Shown piece after piece: positions 32,763-53,617 of a DNA stretch of 64,000 nucleotides. Source of the DNA: Chrysomallon squamiferum (Eukaryota; Animalia; Mollusca). Positions within the stretch are counted from its first letter, which is position 1. Every line of letters starts with the position of its first letter. The notes under the pieces are model-generated. The model worked only from the letters and a program-made list of their open reading frames with translations. It made no database searches and was not told the origin of the DNA. The position numbers and the translations under genes are program-made. The DNA is taken from NCBI GenBank assembly GCA_012295275.1, contig CM022674.1:15872001-15936000 (forward strand), given 5' to 3'.

Positions 32763-32830
32763 ACACACAAACACACACACACACTCACAAATACACACAC
32801 GCACACACACAAATACACACACGCACACAA

Positions 32831-32862
<32 letters not shown>

Positions 32863-33617
32863 GCACATTGATCCTTTAGTAGTAACATTCAATTAACACT
32901 AAAGTTGGATGACGTCACAGATCTAAAACAAACACATAAATAAATAAATACATTTAAATATAGAAACACGTTTATCGTAAATTTTACAAGATTAGTTTTG
33001 AGTTCAAATTTCAGTTCAGCGCTACATATTTTACGTTAATAAAAAAATAATAATAATAAAAATATTAAATAAAATAAAATAAAAATAAAATAAAATAAAG
33101 ATTCGTACCAGTATCAAAGATCAACTTCTGATAAAATATCCTAAGAGTATTACAGTATAAAATTGTGAAATGTAACATTTTATAAATTTATAATTAAATA
33201 CTTTCAGGAAGATAGCGGCTACTACTGATCTCTTATACAAGTTCCAAACGCTTCCTTTAGACTGAATTGTCTAGTATATTTTGCGTATGTGTGCGGATGT
33301 GTGTGAGCACTATCTGTGTGCGTTTGTGGCTTATATATTTACGTATGCTTGCACATGTATTTGTGTATGTGATTTTATATGCGTATGTAAATGTGTTTGA
33401 AATATTTCTACATTCTGTTCCCTGTACTGTGGTATATACGGTAATTAAAGTGAAAGTACACTTATCAGTTAATTTCGTGGAAACGTTAATGTTTACATCA
33501 GCAGTAAATAAAAACTCAGTGTCTATACCACGTCATCAGATACATCCGCTGAAGCTGACTGCAAATGTTTGGTATGTAGACTTTTCTATTTCAAAACTGA
33601 TTAAACACACATTTTAT

Positions 33618-39136
<5,519 letters not shown>

Positions 39137-39159
39137 TGAGATGGAGGAAGAACTGATCC

Positions 39160-39360
39160 CTATTCTGCCCAAGAAAACAAAACGTTAAAGCCATAATGCT
39201 CGTGGAAATTATAAATCTATCATAGTAGAGGTTAAGAAGGAAATAACTGCAAAACATAAGAGTGGCGTTCGTTTGTCTGACATTGCTTCGGTTTACGTAC
39301 AGTTCTGTTTACGAACCGAGTTCTGGAACGAATTAAGTTTGTAACCCCATGTTCCACTCT
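39160..39360 (+). mobile_element. Tigger/pogo DNA transposon internal-deletion fragment
   Basis: Plus-strand SIIVEVKKEITAKHKSGVRLSDIASVY resembles the CENP-B/Tigger HTH-psq N-terminus; ends ggaacgaattaagtttgtaaccccatgttccact, like a Tigger 3' TIR region. Confidence 0.7.
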
Positions 39361-39743
39361 GTGTAGCTAAAACAAACTCTGGTTGAAGACTTTCATACAA
39401 GTACTGACAACACGATAGGTAAACAGTGTCAGCACATCAACAGCATTATCTAGTCACACACGTTTCTCCAGTTCATTTTCAATTATTCTGTTAAAATTAA
39501 AAATAATTTTGCTTGCTATGCTACAAATATGATTAATAGAATCGACAAAGAACTTTAAGAATTAATAATTATAATAAATAAATAATACAAAATAATCAAA
39601 ATATTTCTATATCTTATTAACATGTTTTCATTTAACATATTTTGTTGAGATGAATTAAAAATGAAAAACGGGGATTCGATATTTATGTTAATGATTTTTC
39701 GTGCTTTTTTTTGGACACTATATTTTTGTAATCTGGAACTTAC

Positions 39744-39998
39744 AAAGAACTCTAAGCTGGAACTGGTTACTTCCTGAACGTTCAGATCTATTTCCAGTAC
39801 ATGTAAATGTTTTTCCTGTCTGGTTTCTGCTGACAGGTCCAACAGTTAACACAGAACTGTTGACCAAATACCGATCTTCACTTCTCCACGTGTAGACACA
39901 AGATGAGTCACAATCAGCAACACAGCCTACATTTAGAGTCTCTCCTTCAACAATGTTTCCTGGAACTGAAGGAATGAATCTAACAGAAAGGGGTCCAT
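39744..39998 (-). CDS. Immunoglobulin-domain exon
   Basis: atag|(Y)GPLSVRF..VEGETLNVGCVADCDSSCVYTW..VLTVGPVSRNQTGKTFTC..LRVL|gtaagt; 255 nt, phase 1-1, C-W-C Ig signature. Confidence 0.9.
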
Positions 39999-40901
39999 CT
40001 ATAAATAAATAAAGAAAGAAAGAAAGAAATAAAGAAATAAAGAAACAAATAAATAGTATCATTATAACAGCAAATGAAAGGTATGGTCTCAGTATATAAT
40101 TGTATTACAGTCGGTAAAAAACAAGAAAAAAACAAACAAGTGAATTAAAAGAATAATTCTTATGGAAAGCAAAATTAGAAAACAAAAATAATTATTAAAT
40201 TTGATGTTTGCTGCAGGTTTAATGTATCTGAAGATATCTTTTAAGTAAATGAGATAGACTTTTCATATGAACCAATGAAATTTCGTACAGCTATGCTGTA
40301 TATCCAGCCGTAATAAAATACAGTCAAGAAGAATAAATGGAAATACAAATGTGATTATTATTAATTATTTAATCGAGAGGGACCTTTAAACTGCAGAATG
40401 TATGTATATCATGTATCATAAAAATAAAAATAAAATACGTTCATATATTCATTACTATATAATGTTGTGGCATTCACAAACTTTAACATGAAGTTAAAAC
40501 AAACAGAGAAATAAAAGTAGAAGCACAGTACATATAAATAATTTAATTAATAATGTTTTGAATTAATTAATAGAAACTGAATATAGTCATAAGTAAAGAC
40601 AATCTTGAATCACATAACGTAATGTATGCAGTTGCTACTAGAGACATCTAATGGATACTGACATTTGAGTGTAAGGATTCCCCATCCTAAAACTAAATCA
40701 AACACAAAATGTAAGATGGTGATTAGAAAATTCGAAAATAAACTCGTGATGAAAAAAGTAAAACTATTTTGTGAGAAGCTGATGATTACAGAATTAAATT
40801 TATAAATACAATCTTTTGGACAACATGCAACACGTTTTGTAGCTCACAAACAGGTAAATTAAATAATACAAAGTAAAATAAAATGTCAAATGAAAACTGA
40901 C

Positions 40902-41435
40902 AATGACAGCTGATTCGAGCATCCTCTGAGTGATAACAATCGTGTTTCCCCCAGCCAGGAAATGAACACTTTCCAACACTGTCTTCATATCCATCACATC
41001 TCAGATCATCAACCCATATTCGTCCAGTTCCCTCTCCAAAGTGAGCACTTTGATATGGTGTTGCATTAAAACTTAAACACAATTAATATGCTCTGTACAA
41101 TTAATAATATGTACAGTAAAATTATTATTCAACATGGTTGGCAAAACGCCTTCACAGATCTTCTCGTAGTCCTGATGTTTTCAGAAGACATTTTTTACTT
41201 TCTAAGTGAGTTCCCCTAAGTTTAATTAGTATGCTTTGCTACCAAAAGGATAGTCAAAATATCGCCAGCGAAATTTGATTATTCGAACATGACTTGATTT
41301 TATTTCCTATAACGCTCAATATCATCATTGCTAGAAATTACTATTTCTGTTACATTTTGTTCTACCTGCTGTCGTTTTTTTTTCTTCTCTTCTTCTCATA
41401 GCAATTGTTCTTCTTATTATTATTGTTATTATTAA

Positions 41436-41499
<64 letters not shown>

Positions 41500-41792
41500 G
41501 ATTCTCTCGAAAAGTATTTCACGTAAACATCATCACTAGCATTCATTGTCAGAAAATTCAAATAAATTACAACTATACAAAATATTCTTGTGCACAAATT
41601 AAGTAAGAAAGTAAGGAAGTAAATATGTAAATAAATGAAGCAATTACCGACTAAATCCTAACATGTGACATAAAACAGAAGCATTTTTCTCATCAAAATC
41701 ATCATCACAGATTGTTCCCCACGTCCCGTTTACTTGAATCTCAACTCGACCTTGTGTTGGTTTTCCTCTTCCATTCACTAAGCGTACTGGTT
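40902..41792 (-). CDS. Intact SRCR domain (exons 41648-41792 and 40902-41071)
   Basis: PVRLVNGRGKPTQGRVEIQVNGTWGTICDDDFDEKNASVLCHMLGFS | FNATPYQSAHFGEGTGRIWVDDLRCDGYEDSVGKCSFPGWGKHDCYHSEDARISC; all hallmark SRCR motifs; phases compatible. Confidence 0.93.
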
Positions 41793-42559
41793 CTGAAATA
41801 ATAAAATGTTACATACGAACTGTAACTAACAATGGCATGATTTGTTTAATACAAACCAACAACAAACAAAACAACAAAGATGTATATACTCACATATGAA
41901 TTTTTCCCCTGTAAAGAAAATTATGTAACAGATATTCGGCAATAAAAGTATAGTTTAGTAAGATAAAGATGTCGCTCTGTCTCTAGTATTGCTATAAATA
42001 TTGGCACCCAATGTTTCTAAGGTTAATGTACTCAAAGATTGAAATATACACAGATACACCCGTGCACAGACATATAATTTATTAAGTGTTCAGTAGAACT
42101 CTCCTTGTTTTACAATCGCTATGGTCAATATTATGAGATAATTCAACTTTATTCTGGCATTAATAAAATAAATTGTCAGTGGTCTGATAGAAAATAATAA
42201 TAATAAATTTAAAGACAGAAAATTTAATAAGTGTCACAAGCTGGTTGTGCAATTTCTTTCAAAATCTTATTGGAAGAAACAGATTTTGTGATAACAGATA
42301 AAACAACACATAGTATTGCATTCAAAGATACTGTGGAAGAAAAGCAGAACTCCTGTCATTCACCTTAACGCTTTGTTTCTTTTTTGTTTTGTTTCTTTGT
42401 TATTGTTTTCCTTTTTTTTTTTTTTTTTTTTTTTGAGAAAACGAGCAGTTCACCGTATCATCAAGCCGATAAACTATGAGTCTGTCACATATAGATTGGA
42501 ACAAGTTAGACCAAACTAATGCTCACATTTCTGCTAAACATACTAAATATGTGAGTTCA

Positions 42560-42970
42560 AAAGGATGAACATTTCTGAACTACACTGACATGTCTCAGTG
42601 CGCTATAACATCTTGATTATGTTTCCTCATTTGTACAGACATTTCAACATGAGACTAAATAGCAAGCCTACATTATGAAACCTATTCCATATCCTGATTT
42701 CCTCAACATCCCATACACCTACTGACCTTGATTTAGTTTAGAATATTAGGCTACTGGTCCAATTTCGACAACTATTATGGTATGTTATCCTTTAATGTTA
42801 ATATGGGTTCACATATCATCCTTTGAACTCTTGTCATTAGAAGAAAAAATCACAGAACACGTAGCTGATTCTAATACAGACCAGTGTACATAGAAGTATG
42901 TTCCGCGAGTGACACCTAACTTTCAGTTTCTAAGTCCAGTGACATGTTCTGACTGAAGAAAGACTAGGTT
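42560..42970 (-). pseudogene. Degenerate MAM-domain-like relic (paralogs at ~45357-45900 and ~48418-48961)
   Basis: Broken translations TSMYTG.., RHFCFSVDTDSKDNARI, HLCISFD.*LHGY, VWDVE/GNQD and QDVIA follow the MAM motif order (TPS..TGP..DHT, ARL.S, C..F.Y.M.G, W..GNQG, DIAID); many stops. Confidence 0.4.
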
Positions 42971-43334
42971 TGAAGTGAGGCACGCAACACATTGGTAGGC
43001 TAGATAATAAACATCTGGACTGTTACATTCAATAACGTTATCACGAACTATATAAATAAATTAACTCCACAAGGAATGTATATAGAAATTCAAATATCAT
43101 AACGTATAAAATATGATTATCTATATCTTATGGAAACGTCTATACGCGTATGAGCCGTATATGGAATTGTAATGTCAGATACTGCTGACTTATCGTGTTT
43201 CTGACCACCAAAGACAATTCTCGCCTGACCACTTGACTAACACATGTGATTAGCATTATGCAGAAATCCCAACCGAAATTTCTTTCTTTCCTCATGACGA
43301 CTGGAATTCCCCTGCCCTGACTGACTTTCATTAA

Positions 43335-44050
<716 letters not shown>

Positions 44051-44456
44051 GGAACTTTAGTAGATATGCAGGTGCCGTTTTGTCCACAAAACTACACCTC
44101 ACTTATAGCTTATATAATTTCTGAGGAAATCTAACAGCGATTATGTATTAAACAGAATACTACTGTCACCGTCACACATAGCTTATATAATTATTAAGTG
44201 TTACATAAGAAAAAGGAGAATGTCGTCTCCGTCACAATATGTTTTTAACCATTTCTTTACATTTTCTTATTATGATATGAACCATGATGTCGTTACACAT
44301 GGAAAATACATGACATACAATAGCAGACACGAGAACCTGATTAACATAAGTCTTCAGATTTGTTTTGTTACATCTCCTAGATTGCCCACATTTCGTCTGT
44401 TCACTAAATATGCTGTTGTCATTATTTTTTTTCTAATTCTATATCTCACTACTTAC

Positions 44457-44632
44457 AGTGACTCAAACAGCTGATTCCCACATCTTGATTATGACTACAG
44501 TTGTTTTCACCCCGAGTACAGACTGAACAATAGTCTACGTGTCCTTCATCTCCCTTACAGTCGAGTCCATCAAGCCAAATAGGTCCACTGTCTTGTCCAA
44601 ACTGAGATGATCCATAGGATTTGGCTTCAAAA
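44457..44632 (-). CDS. SRCR second-half exon (orphan)
   Basis: cag|FEAKSYGSSQFGQDSGPIWLDGLDCKGDEGHVDYCSVCTRGENNCSHNQDVGISCLSH|gtaagt. Confidence 0.8.
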
Positions 44633-44737
44633 CTGAAATTAATGTTAACAATTAGATTACAGAATATAATAATAATGCGTATTCGTGATGTCACTAAGGG
44701 ACTTCTATTTTATCAAAAAAAAAATCAATAAATCAGT

Positions 44738-44796
<59 letters not shown>

Positions 44797-46171
44797 AATA
44801 ATAATAATACTAATAATAATAACAATAATACAAATAGAATAATAAGGCTTATTCCTGATGTTATTAAGGGACCAGTCTTTAAACAAAATAATAATAATAA
44901 ATAAATTGGCGAATAATCAAAAAAAAAAAAAAAATGTATACGCACATCATTTTTCTATAAATATTCCTTGATACGTTTTAAAAAATAATTCATAATTCAC
45001 TTCTTTTCGAATCTGTACTTTTTCATCACAAATGTATTAATACACTAATTGTAGAGTTAACGCATTTTCCTAAGTTGAAATTTGTATTATTGTACAACAA
45101 CCAATAGTAATTTAATGGTGTGAGATGTATATACAGCAATAACATAATGTGCAGCAATGTAATTGCCAGTATCACATGGAACTTAAACAGGAAACCACAG
45201 TACTATTATTTCATATAATTCGAATTTTACATGAATATATTATAATCGTTTAAGTAATGAAAATGGTTAAAAAAGAAGTATATATTAAGGATATAAATTT
45301 CTACTGCTAAACAAAAATAATAATAATATTTTTGTTTTAGTAAAATATTTATTTACCGACTTATGTGACATATTCCATATCCTGATTTGATCAGGATACT
45401 AGATAGTTACTAATTTTCGTTTACTTTAGTATTATATGCTACTGATCCAATTTCGAGAACTTTCAGATTACATACAAACTGCGACAAGAAAGAAGCCAAT
45501 GGAGGTTCATAAGCTGTTGTTTAAATTCATATCATTATAAACATTTCAATAAGCTAGATACGATAATGTATCCGTGAAGTCATTTATCGAAACTGATACA
45601 GAGATGCTAATGCATATTCGTGCGTTATCCTTAGAATCAGTGTCAACAGAAAAACAAAAATGACGTATCATCATATCTGCTAGGCCATCAATATCACAAA
45701 TGGGGAACATCTACGGTTCTTGCCACGATGCTTGGGATGGTTACTTGAAGGATTCAGTCAAAAAATGGAAATATCCAGTGAGAAAGTGGAAAAATACAGT
45801 GTCAGTTCTAATACAGACCAGTGTACATAGAAGTAAGTTAGGCGAGCGACTCTTCACTTTCAGTCTCTAAGTCCAGTAACATGTTCTGACTGAAGTAAGA
45901 CTGTAGAGAACATTCAGTCAACATTTAATATGATAATTTTTTGATAACACTAATTTCAGAGTTTTTTTCAGGCTAGCCTTCTTCAGTAACTTGACCACGA
46001 ACTATCAAAATAAATTAAGACCCGCAAAAATGTATATAGAAATTCAAATAAAATAACGAGTAAAATAGTGTTATCTATAAATTATGGAAACGCGTTTACT
46101 TTCGTCAGCAGTATATTGAATTTTATGTCAGCACAAAAGCAGATTTAGTATCCGCAAATTATTATAAATAT

Positions 46172-46207
<36 letters not shown>

Positions 46208-47152
46208 TATATATAAACCTTCAAACTGAGACACATCAACAGAAAAAAAGAAAAGAATAAATAAATAAATAAAAATTAATTACATCCTTTGTTTATCGCA
46301 GCATAAAAAAGATAATACAAGGATTTTGTAACCGGTCGGCTAACTAAAACCAACTGTGCACATTGTATTATAATTTTCAGGTATCACAGTTTCACAGTTA
46401 AAAGTGTGCACACTCAGATACTGAACATACTGAAAATATAGCGATTGTTCGTGTATCCTAAACAGGGACTGACGACAAATACAAATGTTTTATTACATAT
46501 CGCGGGAAAATAGTTAACAAAAGTAAAGACACACATATATTAAATACGTTAAGATGTATGTTCTATTCGTCCGTGCTAAACAAATAATAATAGCGTATAC
46601 TTGTGAAACACGGACTGATGCCAACCTCAAATATTTTGTCATATTGGCAGAGGAAAATACTGTGTTTCTCACTTTGCGGTTCAGTATATACAACCACTGT
46701 AGATTAATGTCAATTATGTTGGAGCTTTATTTTCTTATTTTATGTTATAACTTTATAAAGCTCTTTTCGTTTTCTATCTATATCAATTAGCATGTAATGG
46801 TACTGAAACGATACTGGCGTTACCTGTATAGCAAGTTAATGTGTGCTTTTTGTGTAGGGCAGATAAAATTATTCTCTCACTGTTAAATAAGATACACTAA
46901 AGTATACCCGGGTGTTACTTACCCTTGTTACCAGATCATGAAGTAGGTGGTATTCGACTTTTAGCGGACTACTTCGTCTGGTACAGACTGATCCTCTACT
47001 AAACATTATCGACACATAAAAATAGTAAACGGAAATCTTTTGGTAGCAAATGTTACTATTAAATAAAGAACACTGTTGTATGGGAAGAACAAAAATTAAT
47101 AAAACATAAAAATATAAATAAAAAAATAAATAAATGAATAATAATAATAATC

Positions 47153-47188
<36 letters not shown>

Positions 47189-47797
47189 TGGTTTATCACT
47201 GCTTTAAGAATCAATAAGGAGCACTTTCAAATCGGACCTGCACTATTACCATTTGTATGCACATGTATGAGTAAAACACAATTTAGACAACAGTCAAACT
47301 CTTCATATTGTCTTATTCTGATATGAATGAGAAACTCATCACACACGGATAACACATCAATTAAAATAACAGACACAACAGTCTGATTAACATAAAGCTT
47401 CAGATTTTCATTTTTATTTTATTATTTTTTTCTTACATGTCCTAGATTGGCCACTCTTAGTCTGTTCACTAAATGTCTTGTTATTATTAAGTTTATTAAT
47501 GTTTATGTCTCTACTTACAGCGATTTAAACAGCTGATTACCACATCTTGATTGTGACTACAGTTGTTTTCACCCCAAGCAGAGTAGGAACAATCCTCTAC
47601 ATTTTCTTCATCTCCCTTACAGTCGAGTCCATCAAGCCAAATAGGTCCACTGTCTTGTCCAAACTGAGATGATCCATAGGATTTGGCTTCAAAACTGAAA
47701 TTAATGTTAACAATTAGATTACAGAATACAATAATAATGCGTATTCGTGATGTCACTAAGGGACTTCTATTTTACCAAAAAAAAATCAATAAATCTG

Positions 47798-47835
<38 letters not shown>

Positions 47836-49228
47836 TGATGATGATGATGATGATGATGATAATAATAATAATACTAATAATAATAACAATAATACAAATA
47901 GAATAATAAGGCTTATTCCTGATGTTATTAAGGGACCAGTCTTTAAACAAAATAATAATAATAAATAAATTGGCGAATAATCAAAAAAAAAAAAATTTAT
48001 ACGCACATCATTTTTCTATAAATATTCCTTGATACGTTTTAAAAAATAATTCATAATTCACTTCTTTTCGAATCTGTACTTTTTCATCACAAATGTATTA
48101 ATACACTAATTGTAGAGTTAACGCATTTTCCTAAGTTGAAATTTGTATTATTGTACAACAACCAATAGTAATTTAATGGTGTGAGATGTATATACAGCAA
48201 TAACATAATGTGCAGCAATATAATTGCCAGTATCACATGGAACTTAAACAGGAAACCACAGTACTATTATTTCATATAATTCGAATTTTACATGAATATA
48301 TTATAATCGTTTAAGTAATGAAAATGGTTAAAAAAGAAGTATATATTAAGGATATAAATTTCTACTGCTAAACAAAAATAATAATAATATTTTTGTTTTA
48401 GTAAAATATTTATTTACCGACTTATGTGACATATTCCATATCCTGATTTGATCAGGATACTAGATAGTTACTAATTTTCGTTTACTTTAGTATTATATGC
48501 TACTGATCCAATTTCGAGAACTTTCAGATTACATACAAACTGAGACAAGAAAGAAGCCAATGGAGGTTCATAAGCTGTTGTTTAAATTCATATCATTATA
48601 AACATTTCAATAAGCTAGATACGATAATGTATCCGTGAAGTCATTTATCGAAACTGATACAGAGATGCTAATGCATATTCGTGCGTTATCCTTAGAATCA
48701 GTGTCAACAGAAAAACAAAAATGACGTATCATCATATCTGCTAGGCCATCAATATCACAAATGGGGAACATCTACGGTTCTTGCCACGATGCTTGGGATG
48801 GTTACTTGAAGGATTCAGTCAAAAAATGGAAATATCCAGTGAGAAAGTGGAAAAATACAGTGTCAGTTCTAATACAGACCAGTGTACATAGAAGTAAGTT
48901 AGGCGAGCGACTCTTCACTTTCAGTCTCTAAGTCCAGTAACATGTTCTGACTGAAGTAAGACTGTAGAGAACATTCAGTCAACATTTAATATGATAATTT
49001 TTGATAACACTAATTTCAGAGTTTTTTTTTCAGGCTAGCCTTCTTCAGTAACTTGACCACGAACTATCAAAATAAATTAAGACCCGCAAAAATGTATATA
49101 GAAATTCAAATAAAATAACGAGTAAAATAGTGTTATCTATAAATTATGGAAACGCGTTTACTTTCGTCAGCAGTATATTGAATTTTATGTCAGCACAAAA
49201 GCAGATTTAGTATCCGCAAATTATTATA

Positions 49229-49273
<45 letters not shown>

Positions 49274-50660
49274 TATATATAAACCTTCAAACTGAGACAC
49301 ATCAACAGAAAAAAAGAAAAGAATAAATAAATAAATAAAAATTAATTACATCCTTTGTTTATCGCAGCATAAAAAAGATAATACAAGGATTTTGTAACCG
49401 GTCGGCTAACTAAAACCAACTGTGCACATTGTATTATAATTTTCAGGTATCACAGTTTCACAGTTAAAAGTGTGCACACTCAGATACTGAACATACTGAA
49501 AATATAGCGATTGTTCGTGTATCCTAAACAGGGACTGACGACAAATACAAATGTTTTATTACATATCGCGGGAAAATAGTTAACAAAAGTAAAGACACAC
49601 ATATATTAAATACGTTAAGATGTATGTTCTATTCGTCCGTGCTAAACAAATAATAATAGCGTATACTTGTGAAACACGGACTGATGCCAACCTCAAATAT
49701 TTTGTCATATTGGCAGAGGAAAATACTGTGTTTCTCACTTTGCGGTTCAGTATATACAACCACTGTAGATTAATGTCAATTATGTTGGAGCTTTATTTTC
49801 TTATTTTATGTTATAACTTTATAAAGCTCTTTTCGTTTTCTATCTATATCAATTAGCATGTAATGGTACTGAAACGATACTGGCGTTACCTGTATAGCAA
49901 GTTAATGTGTGCTTTTTGTGTAGGGCAGATAAAATTATTCTCTCACTGTTAAATAAGATACACTAAAGTATACCCGGGTGTTACTTACCCTTGTTACCAG
50001 ATCATGAAGTAGGTGGTATTCGACTTTTAGCGGACTACTTCGTCTGGTACAGACTGATCCTCTAGTAAACATTATCGACACGTAGAAATAGTAAACGGAA
50101 ATCTTTTGGTAGCAAATGTTACTATTAAATAAAGAACACTGTTGTATGGGAAGAACAAAAATTAATAAAACATAAAAATATAAATAAAAAAATAAATAAA
50201 TGAATAATAATAATAATCATAATAATAATAATAATAAAATGGTTTATCACTGCTTTAAGAATCAATAAGGAAAACTTTCAAATCGGACCTGCACTATTAC
50301 CATTTGTATGCACATGTATTAGTAAAACAGTCAAACTCTTCATATTGTCTTATTCTGATATGAATGAGAAACTCATCACACACGGATAACACATCAATTA
50401 AAATAACAGACACAACAGTCTGATTAACATAAAGCTTCAGATTTTCATTTTTATTTTATTATTTTTTTCTTACATGTCCTAGATTGGTCACTCTTAGTCT
50501 GTTCACTAAATGTCTTGTTATTATTAAGTTTATTAATGTTTATGTCTCTACTTACAGCGATTTAAACAGCTGATTACCACATCTTGATTGTGACTACAGT
50601 TGTTTTCACCCCAAGTAGAGTAGGAACAATCCTCTACACTTTCTTCATCTCACTTACAGT
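44545..50660. repeat. Near-identical ~3.06-kb direct tandem duplication (units ~44545-47606 and ~47607-50660)
   Basis: Identical ORFs at 46554/49620; collinear sequence with an offset of ~3040-3066. Confidence 0.95.
47519..47694 (-). CDS. SRCR second-half exon (chimeric, orphan)
   Basis: FEAKSYGSSQFGQDSGPIWLDGLDCKGDEENVEDCSYSAWGENNCSHNQDVVISCLNR; AG/GT flanked; 176 nt. Confidence 0.8.
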
Positions 50661-50790
50661 CAAGTCCATCAAGCCAAATAGGTAAACTGCCTTGTCCGAA
50701 CTCAGATGCTTGATATAATTTTGCTTCAAAACTGAAAAGAATTTTAATAATAAGACTAATAATAACAGTAGTAGTAGTAGTAGTTGTTGT

Positions 50791-50830
<40 letters not shown>

Positions 50831-51470
50831 TAGAATAATAAGATTTATTCCTCATGTTGCTGATGGATTATCGTGTAAAAAGTAAAACAAAAATGTAAAA
50901 GAATGTGACGAAGAAACGGAAGCAATAATTTATAGTCGGATCATTTTCTGTAACTTTTAGATTATACGTTTTACAAATAATTTATTAATACTTATATTTC
51001 ACAATTCAATTCTTCATGAATATGAATTTTTTCATCACTAATTTATTAATACAGCGTACACTAATTTTAGGGTTAAACATTTTCCTAAATTATTATTTGT
51101 ATTATTGTATAATAATCAATAATAATTTAATGGTCTCAAAACAGTAAAAACAGAACAAAAAATAAGACAAAAAACACAATAATATTATCTCATATAATTC
51201 GAATTTTAATGACCGTATAATAAGCATTTTAGTTAAGAAAATGGTTAAAAAAGAAAAGTGTAATAAAATTAAGATATAACGTTGCTAGATATAAATAAAT
51301 AGATTATAGGAAAATATTTATTTACCTACTAAAACCCAGCATGTAACAGATAACAGCAGCATCTCTGTCGTCAAATTCATTATCACACACAGATCCCCAT
51401 GTCCCGTTGTTTTCTATTTCAAGTCTGCCTCGTGTTGCAATTCCTCCTCCATTGGCCAATCGAACAGAAA
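50556..51470 (-). pseudogene. SRCR domain (exons 51326-51470 and 50556-50731) with in-frame TGA
   Basis: SVRLANGGGIATRGRLEIENNGTWGSVCDNEFDDRDAAVICYMLGFS | FEAKLYQASEFGQGSLPIWLDGLDCK*DEESVEDC..; TGA at 50650-50652 where paralogs have GGA. Confidence 0.85.
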
Positions 51471-51733
51471 CTGAAGTCAGTTGAAGAAATGATCACAACA
51501 CAAACTACTTTCAAAATTTCATTTGTTTTATTTAACTGTCCGGTTCCAGATTAATTTTCGCTTTATAGATATACGTAAATAATATTACCAAGCGATATGA
51601 CTTCAACATCAAGGTATATTAGTAGCAATACATTTTTACAGTCAACTTTTACTTGTAAAATCTAGAAACCAAATATTTGTTTTAGTAACTATGTTAGAAC
51701 AAAAAATAATACTACAACTACTACTACTACTAG

Positions 51734-51783
<50 letters not shown>

Positions 51784-51999
51784 TAACTACTACTACTACT
51801 ACTACTAATAATAATAATACTAATAAAAATAACAATTCAAGGGAGAGGATGCAAAAGAGAGAGAGAGAGAGAGAACAATGTCATGTGGCGTTGTTTTATA
51901 AATCAACGAATGTTAAAGATACAGCCGATACTTTTCACACTAAGTGGTTCTTGCATTTCACATTTAACGCTAAATGTTTTGTTCTTAAAATTATTCCTT

Positions 52000-53036
52000 C
52001 AGAACATAGATTAGTGAGACTGAAAACACAGCTAATCCTTGGTCGGGAGGTTATGGTCTGTTCCACTAAACACGGGTATACGATGCAGTAATAATCACAT
52101 TATAATTTCCTGATCTAATCTTAACACTTGATCCCAAATAACATGAACACTGTTCAAATGTACAGTTGTATCAGGATAGCACATACACATTCTTGTTTAT
52201 ACGACTGAGTTATGTTAATTGAGTTATGTTAATTTTATCTATGTGAATGTTATGAATGTCCAATTATTTATACATATAATAAAGTGAACAAATGATATAA
52301 ATCACTATAATTTTAACTATGCAGTAACATAAACGACGAAGTGATGGAACGATTTTTTCAGGTTATTTATTGATACAGACTATTCCATAATCGCGTATTG
52401 TACTAGGGGTTAGAGCGTATCAGTGATTTCTATATAAGAACAATAGCGTTCTGTATAAGAACAATAGTACGGAGACACGAGTCAGTATGACACAAAGAAT
52501 TACATTACACAGGTGTGTGCGTCAGTAGTATATACAAAGAATTATATTACATGGGTGTTTGGGTCAGTAGGCTATATAAGTGAATACATTACAGGGTACA
52601 AAGGTCAGTACGATTTACAACGGATTATATTACAGTGGTATATGGGTCGGTAGGGTTGACAAATATTTATATTACAGCGTTGAAGATCTGAGCATATTTC
52701 TCAAAAACAATATTACTATCAGGCAAGATACATTAAAGGAGCAAGTTACATCAGACTGTGTTACAGATGTGTATGGTTATCTTTTCATTACATTTTGAAG
52801 TTCATTGTTACGCGAGATTATTAGTATAAGGCAATGTATAATTAATTATATTGCTGACGTTAAATGGGTCATGTGTAGTTATATATAATAGTGGTGTGCT
52901 GACCACATATAATTAAATTATATGGGTACAGATGTCAGATATCTTGATATATGGTATCATAAGAGGCTGTAGGATCAATCCTTCTTAGCGTACCCTTTGC
53001 ATTATATTTCTTCTTAGCGATGAGATATGTGTGTAT

Positions 53037-53098
<62 letters not shown>

Positions 53099-53305
53099 AC
53101 ACACACAATTATTGGTAACTGAAAACCTCTTTTTTTTCTTTCGTACAATTATCATGCAGATAAAAGGATTGTTGGTAAATTTAGACTCACTGACTATTCA
53201 GTTATGTTATATATCTAAATGTCAGTCACTATCTTGCTTACTCACACTGGCACACTGAAGAAACGGAAAACAATTTAATTTACAAATTTCATTTCCTTTG
53301 TTACA
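52000..53305 (+). mobile_element. Inverted, internally deleted copy of the MULE element
   Basis: Reverse complement of ~24805-26432; same MNTLQGTKVSTIYNGL pseudo-ORF; FLYWCH region deleted. Confidence 0.88.
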
Positions 53306-53617
53306 ATGTTTGATACAATAATACCATTAATATAGTGTAAATATAATCAACATCATTATTTACATTTAATACTACTACTAATAATACTAATACTAATACT
53401 AATACTACAACTACTACAATTATCATTATTTCTAACAAAAATATTTGAAATTTTAAAAATCTCATCGAGAGGAATTCCGCGTGTAGTGTACTTGAAGAAC
53501 AATTAATTATGTTGTGGTTGTGGACAAATTTGAATCTACTACGTCTGTAAATGAGTTATTTATTTTATTTCATTAAATCACGAAAATAAATAAATAAAAG
53601 TATAATAAACAAATTAC

